Positions 1-8,436 of a stretch of 48,045 bases of DNA are shown piece after piece. The DNA lies in the NCBI GenBank assembly GCA_944393275.1, contig CALXZQ010000001.1, forward strand, positions 1 through 48,045, read 5' to 3'. Each line of letters opens with the position of its first letter. Within the stretch, counting starts at the first letter, position 1. The notes under the pieces were generated by a model, which was not told the origin of the DNA, did no database searches, and saw only the letters and a list, made by a program, of their open reading frames with translations. Source of the DNA: an uncultured Clostridia bacterium (GTDB lineage: Bacteria > Bacillota > Clostridia > TANB77 > CAG-508). Made by a program: the position numbers and the translations under genes.

Positions 1-74
<74 letters not shown>

Positions 75-80
75 TTTGAA

Positions 81-110
81 AACAACTTACAGTCTGTAAG
101 TTGTTTTTTT
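81..110 (+). terminator. rho-independent terminator after tRNA-Gly
   Basis: AACAACTTACAG / CTGTAAGTTGTT perfect inverted repeat followed by a T-run. Confidence 0.8.
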
Positions 111-125
111 ATATATAAAATTTAA

Positions 126-157
126 ATGTCCTCTTTCTAGGAAGGAGGACATTTTTT
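126..157 (+). terminator. second conserved hairpin plus T-run downstream of tRNA-Gly
   Basis: ATGTCCTCTTTC-TAG-GAAGGAGGACAT followed by TTTTT. The same structure recurs at 24188-24219. Confidence 0.6.
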
Positions 158-410
158 ACATTTAATTTAAAACTATTAAATTTTAAAACCTAATGTGGAT
201 ATACTTAAAGTAATTAAGAATTACAACTATACAAAGTGAAAAAATATATGGAATGCTTATGCCATAACCATTTAAATTAGTCTAAATATTATTAGATTTT
301 AATTTTTTATTACTTTCTTATGGATAGGTCTAATAAAGTCATAAATAGTTTTATCTGATGCTTTCTAAAATCTGCAGGACACCAGGATAAATACAGCCAT
401 TAAATTTCAT

Positions 411-797
411 TTATAATTTGATTATTTCTTTTATATTTTCGTCAGCAGTTCCAACTAATTTAACAATCTTAGGTAATTCATAAAAAGCAACAGTATTTTT
501 GATATTAAATTCTTCTCCAGAAGTAGAACATAAAAATATTTTTTTATTTAGTGCCATTGCCATTCCAAGTTCAATATGAGCTCCTCTTCCTGCTGGTAAC
601 AATATAATAACTACATCAGAAGCAGCAATACCTTGTGATTCTAATTTAGCATACTTTACCATATCATCTATAGATACATCATTATCAACATTCTTTACCC
701 AATCATATGTATGTTCCCAACCATATTCTTTTAACATCTTTGCATAGTAATTAACTAATTCACAATTCTTCATTCCTGATCCTATATAAAATTTCAT
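411..797 (-). CDS. nucleoside 2-deoxyribosyltransferase-like superfamily protein
   Basis: 128-aa ORF. The motif DVVIILLPAGRGAHIELGMAMALNKKIFL matches the NDT-like Rossmann pattern (acidic residue in xELGxA) from memory. No search was run. Confidence 0.5.
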   Translation of the reverse strand: MKFYIGSGMKNCELVNYYAKMLKEYGWEHTYDWVKNVDNDVSIDDMVKYAKLESQGIAASDVVIILLPAGRGAHIELGMAMALNKKIFLCSTSGEEFNIKNTVAFYELPKIVKLVGTADENIKEIIKL

Positions 798-950
798 TTT
801 TATCTCTCCATTTATAAAGCTTTAATCCAATAAAATTATACAATAAATAACAAAGATTGACTATACTCTCATTGAAATTTACTTGTATATGATTTGCTGT
901 ATTAAAAAACTTATAAACTTTATTAGTTAGTAAGTTTTTTATTTTTTAAC

Positions 951-988
951 AAAAAAACTCTCCTACTAAGAGGAGAACTTTTTTTTAT
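951..988 (-). terminator. bidirectional hairpin terminator downstream of the choloylglycine hydrolase gene
   Basis: A-run, TCTCCT-ACTAAG-AGGAGA hairpin (959-976), then a T-run. Confidence 0.55.
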
Positions 989-1069
989 TTAAATTTAAAT
1001 TAATTAAAGAAATAAATACCTAATCATAAACTTTTAAAACCAAAATATAAGTAACAAAAGATTTTATTT

Positions 1070-2053
1070 TTAGTTCACATATTTTATTTGTTGTTCTTCT
1101 ACTAGGTTATAAATAGAAAGCTCTTTTTTATTTTTTTCTTTTTCCGTCATTTTTATCGCTGTAATTTGATTGTTTGTATATGTTTTATAATAATATATTC
1201 CTTTATTTGTATTTATACAGCAAGAATATGTTGTAATATCATATTTCTCTTCTTTAGTAATAGTTGTACCCTGAACTATAGCAACTGAATCTAATATATG
1301 AAAGAATTGGGTTACAGAACTTTTTTCATCATCATTGCAAATGGAATTTAGCATGTTAAAAGCAGCTCGTACAAATCTAGATGCAGGTGAAGTATCTCCA
1401 GGCAAGCCTATTGCTCCCATTCCTTGTCCATATTGCTTTAAATTAATTTTATCTGAAAAACCATTTTTCTCATTATGTGGTGTTAAGTTGCTATAATTGT
1501 TTATGTTGGTTAAATGATAATTAAATGGAGGGTTGTTTGTTAGCACTCCTATAGGATTATCATAAACTTTTAATCCATCTTTAATTTGCTCAATAACAAT
1601 ACATTCATTTTCATCGCTTATCATCCAATGTAGGTCAGTTACTGGTAAATTTGTGGCAAATGATATATTAGTAATGTTTAATAGATTTGAAATAATATCC
1701 CTAATCTCTGATACTGTAGAATATAGACCCAAAAAATAGGGAATAAGTTCATAAGGTGCTAAGTTTAGTTTTGAGTTATCCTCATCGAAAAAGTGAGCAT
1801 TACCTGGAAAATATAATCCTGACATTGATAGACCTTTTTCATTTGTAGCTTCTGCATATAGCGGGTAATTTTCAATTACCGTAGCCATGCCTATTATAGA
1901 ATGTTTTGTATTTATTGTAGCTCCATTTTTTAACTTAAATTCATAATTTCTTGGAGTAATAACAACTTTCTCATTGAATCTATATTCTAAATCTAAGTTC
2001 CTTCCAAAATAATTATCTTTTGTTTTAAAGTTTATACAAGTACACATTTTCAT
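1070..2053 (-). CDS. choloylglycine hydrolase family protein (linear amide C-N hydrolase, bile salt hydrolase-like)
   Basis: 327 aa. The N-terminal MCT... gives the Ntn-hydrolase Cys2 nucleophile. FGRNLDLEY and later blocks are typical of the family. Confidence 0.85.
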   Translation of the reverse strand: MKMCTCINFKTKDNYFGRNLDLEYRFNEKVVITPRNYEFKLKNGATINTKHSIIGMATVIENYPLYAEATNEKGLSMSGLYFPGNAHFFDEDNSKLNLAPYELIPYFLGLYSTVSEIRDIISNLLNITNISFATNLPVTDLHWMISDENECIVIEQIKDGLKVYDNPIGVLTNNPPFNYHLTNINNYSNLTPHNEKNGFSDKINLKQYGQGMGAIGLPGDTSPASRFVRAAFNMLNSICNDDEKSSVTQFFHILDSVAIVQGTTITKEEKYDITTYSCCINTNKGIYYYKTYTNNQITAIKMTEKEKNKKELSIYNLVEEQQIKYVN

Positions 2054-2234
2054 TATCCTCCTAATTAATTTATAATTTTTTAAAAGTATGAATTTGTAGT
2101 AAATGATTATTTTGTCTTCTGTAATAAAGAATGTAAGTTTTCTTTATATTATTAGCAATAATTATTTTATTATCCTTTGGCATATCTAATTAAATATATG
2201 TCAGCAATACATTCCTCAAATTCATATTATAAGC

Positions 2235-2298
2235 TAAAAAATTAAATGCAACTATTGATACTGGAACTAGAGAAAGTTTTATATCAATAGTTGCATTT
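2235..2298 (-). terminator. rho-independent terminator of the HD-protein operon
   Basis: Perfect 17-bp inverted repeat AAATGCAACTATTGATA (2243-2259) / TATCAATAGTTGCATTT (2282-2298). It overlaps the last codons of the 2284-2916 ORF and is followed on the minus strand by AATTTTTT. Confidence 0.7.
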
Positions 2299-2916
2299 TA
2301 GTATATTTCTCTTTAATTTTTTTATATTATCCTCAATTGATAAAAGATAGGTGAGATTACTTACAATTTCAATATTATCCAAGCATTTAGTAGTACCGTT
2401 TAATGGTAAAATCTTTTGTTCATATAATTTTTGATCTAATAAAATATCTAAATTATTTATATTATTAGCTATGTAATTTTCAAAATAATATAAAGTCCAT
2501 ACGTTTTGTGATTTAGAATATTTAAGTTCATATATACAAGATAACTCATCTGATATATTAGCATTATTTAAATTAAAAGTCTTTTTAAATTCATCAAGTA
2601 ATATTTTTTTTCTAACTTCTTTTAAATTACCACTTTCATTTTCATAAACTTGTTTGTATATTTTTTGGTAATCTGATATTAATTGACCATAGGTTATATC
2701 ATGGGTTGGGGAAATATAATTATCAATTGTAAATTTATGTTTTGACTCATAAAATGGATAGAGACAATTCCATGTTGTAGGATTTATATTATATAAAATG
2801 ATTCCTTGTTTTTCTTTATATGATATAACAGTATACAAATTTAAAGCACTATCTAATCTTGTTGGGATTATATCTTTAGGGACTTTTTTATTTAAAATAT
2901 CATTAGTTATAATCAT
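2284..2916 (-). CDS. hypothetical protein, translationally coupled to the upstream HD-domain protein
   Basis: 210-aa ORF with no family recognised. Its start shares 1 nt with the stop of the 2916-3641 ORF. Confidence 0.6.
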   Translation of the reverse strand: MIITNDILNKKVPKDIIPTRLDSALNLYTVISYKEKQGIILYNINPTTWNCLYPFYESKHKFTIDNYISPTHDITYGQLISDYQKIYKQVYENESGNLKEVRKKILLDEFKKTFNLNNANISDELSCIYELKYSKSQNVWTLYYFENYIANNINNLDILLDQKLYEQKILPLNGTTKCLDNIEIVSNLTYLLSIEDNIKKLKRNILKCNY

Positions 2917-3641
2917 TAAATATTTTCACTCTCCAAATCTTTTAAATATTTTTCCAAATAATTACTCCAATCAGGAAGATTTTCCTCTCTAAAAAATTCT
3001 CTTAAAAATTCAATCATAAAATTATGCCTATCTATAGCTTCTTCTTTACCAGAATTAGTCATCATATATCCTTTTAGTTTTAATTGTTTATCAAAACAAT
3101 GATTTATAGCATTATCTCCTTTATAAGTTGAACCCATATTATTATATTCTTCTATAGTAATATTTGATTTGGGAAAAGTAGTAGAGTCGAATACAACGCC
3201 AGAGCCTTTACTACTTACAGAATAAACAACAGAACGAATTATTCCATTTGCACCTATTCCATCACACATATCAGCATCAGAAACTATCATTCCTTCCAAT
3301 GTTTTTGGACGGATACCACGTAATAATTTACTATATCCCATTGTTTTAATAATCTCTATTACTTGTTCTTGTATATCTGTCTCAATAGAAAATTGATTTA
3401 AAATTCTTTTTGTATTTATTAATTTATCAGAATTTTCTTTTCCAACTAATTTATAGTCATCCATATCGTGAAGTAATGAAGCTAGTCCTACAATTTCTAA
3501 ATTTGCATTTTCTTTTTTAGCAAAGTTCATACTTAAATCATAGACTCTTTTAACATGAGATGTACCATGTCCAGAATCTTCTGTCTCTAATAATTTAAAA
3601 ACATATTCCTTTACATTTTCTAATCTATTAATATTTTCCAT
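2916..3641 (-). CDS. HD domain-containing metal-dependent phosphohydrolase
   Basis: 241 aa with H...HVKRV...LLHDMDD (the HD motif) and SDADMCD. RBS AAGGAG lies upstream. Confidence 0.8.
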   Translation of the reverse strand: MENINRLENVKEYVFKLLETEDSGHGTSHVKRVYDLSMNFAKKENANLEIVGLASLLHDMDDYKLVGKENSDKLINTKRILNQFSIETDIQEQVIEIIKTMGYSKLLRGIRPKTLEGMIVSDADMCDGIGANGIIRSVVYSVSSKGSGVVFDSTTFPKSNITIEEYNNMGSTYKGDNAINHCFDKQLKLKGYMMTNSGKEEAIDRHNFMIEFLREFFREENLPDWSNYLEKYLKDLESENI

Positions 3642-3834
3642 TACTATAACTCCTTAAATTTATATATTAAAATATTTTTCAAATCTATAATTCTTTACAT
3701 TATCCTTATTTTCAGTATAGAAATTTGGATATACCTCAGATAAAAACATATCATAAGTTGAAGTATAGATGCTGTAAACAATTATATTCTCTTTAGTTTT
3801 GCTATGATACGTAACAGCTTTTATTAGATATATA

Positions 3835-4296
3835 TTAATAATCGCTAGTTCTTTTAATATTTATATTCTTATCACTTTTAGTTGTTAAATAGTTTAGAAA
3901 AATTCCTTGTACTATAGCTTGTCCTTTTGAAAAAGAAACAGTACAAGCACCTTCATTTTGTATGCTTATCCATATATGCCCTTCATTACATGCATTATTA
4001 TAGTAATCTGCATCAATAACACCTAGTTGATTACATAATCTTATATTATATTTAAAGCCAGTACTACTTCTAACTATAATAAAAAGTACTTCATCTTTAT
4101 TAAAATAACTTTTTAGACCAGTTGGTACTTTTTTTATTTCACCCGGACTAAGAGTTAAATCTTCAAGAAGATATATGTCATATCCTGCTGTACTATCTGA
4201 ATCCCTTTGAGGTAATAAATATTCTTTATATAAATTCATATCATCTTTTACATCTTTTTTAAATTGTTCAAAACTAATTTTCTCAAAATCTCTCAT
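3835..4296 (-). CDS. dut: dUTP diphosphatase
   Basis: 153 aa with dUTPase motifs AGYDI, RSSTG and GVIDADYY. Confidence 0.8.
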   Translation of the reverse strand: MRDFEKISFEQFKKDVKDDMNLYKEYLLPQRDSDSTAGYDIYLLEDLTLSPGEIKKVPTGLKSYFNKDEVLFIIVRSSTGFKYNIRLCNQLGVIDADYYNNACNEGHIWISIQNEGACTVSFSKGQAIVQGIFLNYLTTKSDKNINIKRTSDY

Positions 4297-4301
4297 AATA
4301 C

Positions 4302-5366
4302 TTATCCTTCTATATATATTCTTGGAATTCTCTTACTTATAGAGCACATTATTTCATATGGTATAGTATCTAAATGTTTAGCAATTTCTATAATATGTTC
4401 AATATCTTTTATAATTATAACTTTATCTCCAACTTTTACAGAATTATCCACCTTTACAAATAACATATCCATACAGATATTTCCAACTATAGGATATGAC
4501 TTATTATTAATATAAACATATCTTCCTGTATTTTTTCTAATTATACCATCGGCATAACCAATAGGTATTACTGCAATATATTCTTTTCCTTTGGCTAAAT
4601 AAGCAGCATTGTATCCAACAGTGCCATTATTTACAGTATTTATTTGAATAACATCACTATACAAGCTGAATGTAGGAAGAAGGTGTAGATCTGTGTTTTT
4701 AGCAAAACCATACATTGCTATACCTAATCTACAGCCATTTGCATATGGAAGTTTTGGAAAATTAATTGTTGATTCACTAGCATAAATGTGGACAATTGGA
4801 ATTTCGTTTAAGTCTATATAAGAAGTGATATTTTCAAACTCTCTAATTTGTCCAAGAGTAAGAGTCCTATCATGAGCACTATGGATATGTGTATAGATTC
4901 CTTCTAATATAATATTGCTATTTCTTATCATTTGAAACATAGAATTAAATTCAAGTTTATTATTAGTACCTAATCTATTCATTCCAGAATTTATTTTAAT
5001 GTGGACTCTTAAATTGTTAGTATTTTGCTTAAGCAACACTTGTAAATATTGTATATTGCTAATAGTTACAGTAATATTGTGTTCTATACATATATTTATA
5101 TACTCAATAGGAATAATGCCAAAACATAATATAGGAATATCTTTAATGTATTTTCTAATCTCTAATGCCTCATCTAATGTAGCAACAGCTAAATAATTGC
5201 AACCACCATCTATAACAGCTTTAACAGTTTTTATATCATTATGACCATATGAATCAGCTTTAACAACTCCGAAATAATATTTGTATTGATTATATTTTTT
5301 AATTAATTCTTTTACATTATGAGTGATATTACCTAAATTTATTTCTACATATGTGTTTCTATACAT
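4302..5366 (-). CDS. alr: alanine racemase
   Basis: 354 aa. N-terminal VVKADSYGHN carries the PLP lysine motif, and the C-terminal CMDMLFV block is present. Confidence 0.9.
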   Translation of the reverse strand: MYRNTYVEINLGNITHNVKELIKKYNQYKYYFGVVKADSYGHNDIKTVKAVIDGGCNYLAVATLDEALEIRKYIKDIPILCFGIIPIEYINICIEHNITVTISNIQYLQVLLKQNTNNLRVHIKINSGMNRLGTNNKLEFNSMFQMIRNSNIILEGIYTHIHSAHDRTLTLGQIREFENITSYIDLNEIPIVHIYASESTINFPKLPYANGCRLGIAMYGFAKNTDLHLLPTFSLYSDVIQINTVNNGTVGYNAAYLAKGKEYIAVIPIGYADGIIRKNTGRYVYINNKSYPIVGNICMDMLFVKVDNSVKVGDKVIIIKDIEHIIEIAKHLDTIPYEIMCSISKRIPRIYIEG

Positions 5367-5493
5367 AATTGAATCTTCTTTCTAACTAATTAAATTTAAA
5401 TTATTATATTACTAATAAATTAAATTTACCAGTAAATTTAAAAACTTTTTATATACTTCTTTCATAATATAGTGTATAGAAGGGGATGAGGAA

Positions 5494-6324
5494 ATGATTT
5501 ATTTTACGAAATTAGAAGGTATAGGAAATGATTTTATTGCTATTAATAATATGGAAAATAAACTAATATATGATTATGGAAAACTTTCAAAATATTTATG
5601 TAATAGAAACTTAGGAATAGGGGCTGATGGGGTATTGTTTGCAGAAAAAAGCAATGTTGCTGATTGCAAAATGAGAATATTCAATAGAGATGGTAGCGAA
5701 GCAGAAATGTGTGGAAATGGCATTAGGTGTTTTGCTAAATACATATATGAGAATCAAATTGTAAATAATGCAGAGTTCAATATAGAGACAGTTTCTGGAA
5801 TAAAAAACACTAAACTAATATTTGAAGGACTAAAAATAGTCAGAGTTTTAGTAAATATGGGGAAGCCAGAATTAGAATTTAGTAAAATACCAGTATATTA
5901 TTATAAAGAATACAATAAAAATTATATAGATATAGAAAATATAAAAGTATATCCAATATCAATGGGAAATCCACATGCTGTATGCTTTTGGGAAGATATA
6001 GAAAATATAGATATAGAAAATATAGGAAAATTAATAGAAAATTATAAATATTTTCCTAATAAAACTAATGTAGAGTTTGTTAAAATTATGGATGATGAAA
6101 ATATAGAAATAAGGGTATGGGAAAGAGGCGTAGGAGAAACCTTAGCTTGTGGTACAGGTGCGTGCTCTGCAGTTGTTATAGCTCATTTATATAAAAACTT
6201 AAAAAACAAGATAAATGTAAGATTAAAAGGTGGAAATTTGAATATAAGATATGATAAACAAGAAAATGTAGTATGGTTAGATGGGGAAACAAATAAAGTT
6301 TTTGAAGGAAAAATTGATATTTAG
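5494..6324 (+). CDS. dapF: diaminopimelate epimerase
   Basis: 276 aa with GNDF, MCGNGIRCF and ACGTGACSA (both catalytic Cys motifs). Confidence 0.95.
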   Translation: MIYFTKLEGIGNDFIAINNMENKLIYDYGKLSKYLCNRNLGIGADGVLFAEKSNVADCKMRIFNRDGSEAEMCGNGIRCFAKYIYENQIVNNAEFNIETVSGIKNTKLIFEGLKIVRVLVNMGKPELEFSKIPVYYYKEYNKNYIDIENIKVYPISMGNPHAVCFWEDIENIDIENIGKLIENYKYFPNKTNVEFVKIMDDENIEIRVWERGVGETLACGTGACSAVVIAHLYKNLKNKINVRLKGGNLNIRYDKQENVVWLDGETNKVFEGKIDI

Positions 6325-6333
6325 CTTTATTTT

Positions 6334-6362
6334 TTGTTTAAAATGTGATATAAACATATTAT
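6334..6362 (+). promoter_or_regulatory. candidate sigma-A promoter for the 6410-6760 ORF
   Basis: TTGTTT, 17-nt spacer, TATTAT. The palindrome TAAACAT-ATT-ATGTTTA (6351-6367) overlaps the -10. Confidence 0.35.
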
Positions 6363-6409
6363 GTTTAGTAAACCCCGATGTTTTGCTTTTTGAAAGGAGG
6401 CAGGATGGA

Positions 6410-6760
6410 ATGAAGAATAAGCAGTACAGGGATTCCAAGCTTAAACATACACTGTTTCAAATGAAGCAGGCCAAAAAGCGGAATCCTATCTGGAAATTAA
6501 CTCCATTACAAGTAAGCCTGATAGAAAGCTGGGGGTTTCCAGTATATCCTTATCTTTACCGCATTTCTACTAAGCCAATCCATGATGTTAAGAACAAGTG
6601 CGGATTGCTTAAGCAAGTTCATTTTACATGTGTGAAAGATAGAAAAAAGTATTTTATGGGAACCCTCACAGAACGAGAAAAACTGTTACTGCGGGAACAC
6701 AAAGTTTATTTCGAACCAATCAAGTATGAGATTGACCTGCAAGGTTACTATGGCAAGTAA
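6410..6760 (+). CDS. hypothetical protein in GC-elevated cassette 1
   Basis: In-frame ATG at 6410 lies 9 nt after AGGAGG (6395-6400). The track ORF start at 6281 overlaps dapF and is unlikely. 116 aa, no family recognised. G+C counted as 42% and 35% on two 60-nt lines. Confidence 0.6.
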   Translation: MKNKQYRDSKLKHTLFQMKQAKKRNPIWKLTPLQVSLIESWGFPVYPYLYRISTKPIHDVKNKCGLLKQVHFTCVKDRKKYFMGTLTEREKLLLREHKVYFEPIKYEIDLQGYYGK

Positions 6761-6789
6761 TTCCTGAGTAGGACTCAAAAAGCAAAAAA

Positions 6790-6816
6790 GCCTCTGCTAC
6801 TTTACGTAGCGGAGGC
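6790..6816. terminator. GC-rich bidirectional hairpin between the convergent 6410-6760 ORF and murE
   Basis: GCCTCTGCTAC-TTTAC-GTAGCGGAGGC flanked by an A-run upstream and CTTTT downstream. Confidence 0.65.
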
Positions 6817-6823
6817 GAATCTT

Positions 6824-8335
6824 TTATATGTTATTTGGAATGTTTTTTTCTCCTGAAGCAATCATTTCATCTATTAGTTTGCTAATAACTTCTCTTTCAT
6901 TATATGGATATTTTACTCCATTTCTTTCTATATATAAATCATGTCCCAAACCAGGTATAACTATTATATCACCAGGTTTTGCTATAGAAATAGCATAACG
7001 GATTCCTTCGGTTCTATCAACAATTATTTTATATGGTTTTCCTGTAGGTATAATTCCAACTTCTATATCTTTTAAAATCTTTAAAGGATCTTCTGTTCTT
7101 ACTTGATCTGACATAAGAACAGTAAAATCTGCTAGTCTTCCTGAAATTTCTCCCATTATAGGTCTTTTAGCAGCATCTCTGTCACCACCAACACCCCAAG
7201 CACAAATAATTCTTCCTTTAGCATATGATTTTACAGCAGTTAATATACTTTCTAGGCTAGAAGGTGTATGTGCATAATCTATCATAATTGTAAGTCCAAG
7301 TTTATTAGGAACAAGTTCACTTCTTCCGAGTACTCTTAAATCTTTAAGAGCGGATCTAATTTCATCAGGTGTAACCCCGAAATATGATGCTACAGCTATT
7401 GCACCAGAAGCATTATAAATACTAAACCTTCCAGGAATAGAAGCTTTAATTTGTTCTTCTTTTCCATTGAATAAAATAGAAAAATCAATATATGAATCTG
7501 TTATAGTTACAGTATTTGGATTAACTTTAAAATCTGCAGGATTATCTATTGCAAATGTTTTAATTTCTTTATTAGGTAATAACTCTTTTATCTTACAAAC
7601 AGTAGGATCATCATTATTTATTACTCCACATTTGGCCATTTTTATTAATTCTAGTTTACAATTAAAGTAATCTTCCATATTAGGATGTTCTTTGGCACTT
7701 ATGTGATCTTCACTAAAATTAGTAAATAAAGCTATATCAAAATCACAACCTGTAACTCTGTCTAATTTTATTGCTTGAGAAGAAACTTCTATTATTGCAA
7801 CATCAACATTTTTAGTGACCATTGTAGCTAAATGTTTTTGAATTTCAATACTTTCAGGAGTTGTTCTGTCAGTGTCTTCAATTTTTTCTTGATTTATATA
7901 TACAGCAATACTACCAATTAGACCAACATTTAATCCATGAGCCTCTAGAATAGATTTAATCATAAAAGTTGATGTTGTTTTTCCTTTAGTACCAGTTACT
8001 CCTATTAATTTTAATTTTTTTGAAGGATTATCATAAAATGCACAAGCTACCTGTGCTAAGGCTTTTCTAGTATTCTCTACAGATATTACAGGAATAGTAT
8101 ATGTGGTATAAATTTCATTTACATTAACATTAGATTCCACAATAACAGCTTTAGCTCCATTTTCTATGGCACTAGGTATGTACTGAATGCCATCTTTTGA
8201 AAAACCATTTATTGCAAAAAATAATCCACCTTCTTTAATTTTTCTTGAGTCTGAATGTATATTTGTTATATCTAAATTTAAATCTCCAATTTTATTTTTT
8301 ATATGTATATTGCCTAATAAGTCATTTAATAGCAT
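6824..8335 (-). CDS. murE: UDP-N-acetylmuramoyl-L-alanyl-D-glutamate--2,6-diaminopimelate ligase
   Basis: 503 aa with GVTGTKGKTT (P-loop), DYAHTP and GGDRD. Confidence 0.9.
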   Translation of the reverse strand: MLLNDLLGNIHIKNKIGDLNLDITNIHSDSRKIKEGGLFFAINGFSKDGIQYIPSAIENGAKAVIVESNVNVNEIYTTYTIPVISVENTRKALAQVACAFYDNPSKKLKLIGVTGTKGKTTSTFMIKSILEAHGLNVGLIGSIAVYINQEKIEDTDRTTPESIEIQKHLATMVTKNVDVAIIEVSSQAIKLDRVTGCDFDIALFTNFSEDHISAKEHPNMEDYFNCKLELIKMAKCGVINNDDPTVCKIKELLPNKEIKTFAIDNPADFKVNPNTVTITDSYIDFSILFNGKEEQIKASIPGRFSIYNASGAIAVASYFGVTPDEIRSALKDLRVLGRSELVPNKLGLTIMIDYAHTPSSLESILTAVKSYAKGRIICAWGVGGDRDAAKRPIMGEISGRLADFTVLMSDQVRTEDPLKILKDIEVGIIPTGKPYKIIVDRTEGIRYAISIAKPGDIIVIPGLGHDLYIERNGVKYPYNEREVISKLIDEMIASGEKNIPNNI

Positions 8336-8400
8336 AAATATTCCCCCATTTATTTGATTCTATCGTACAAATTATATTACTTTTTGCCAAATTTGTAAAT

Positions 8401-8436
8401 AAAAGAAAAATAAATCTGAAAGAAGTTCAGATTTAT
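8401..8436 (-). terminator. terminator of the acyl-CoA ligase gene
   Basis: AAATCTGAA / TTCAGATTT hairpin overlapping the stop codon, with a T-run on the minus strand. Confidence 0.6.

Noticed and set aside
3660-3833. An open frame of about 57 codons between dut and the HD gene on the minus strand (…AVTYHSKTKENIIVYSIYTSTYDMFLSEVYPNFYTENKDNVKNYRFEKYFNI).
   Set aside because: It has no usable start codon at its 5' end, and the only ATG is internal without an RBS. It is probably a remnant or chance frame and was not annotated.
6281-6409. N-terminal extensions offered by the ORF track (6281 for the cassette-1 ORF, 13256 for cdsA, 33260 for transketolase, 12612 for uppS, 24999 for DUF3267, 40995 for the cassette-3 ORF).
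   Set aside because: These starts overlap upstream genes or lack a Shine-Dalgarno. Internal starts have well-spaced AGGAGG or GGAG sites and match the expected family N-termini.
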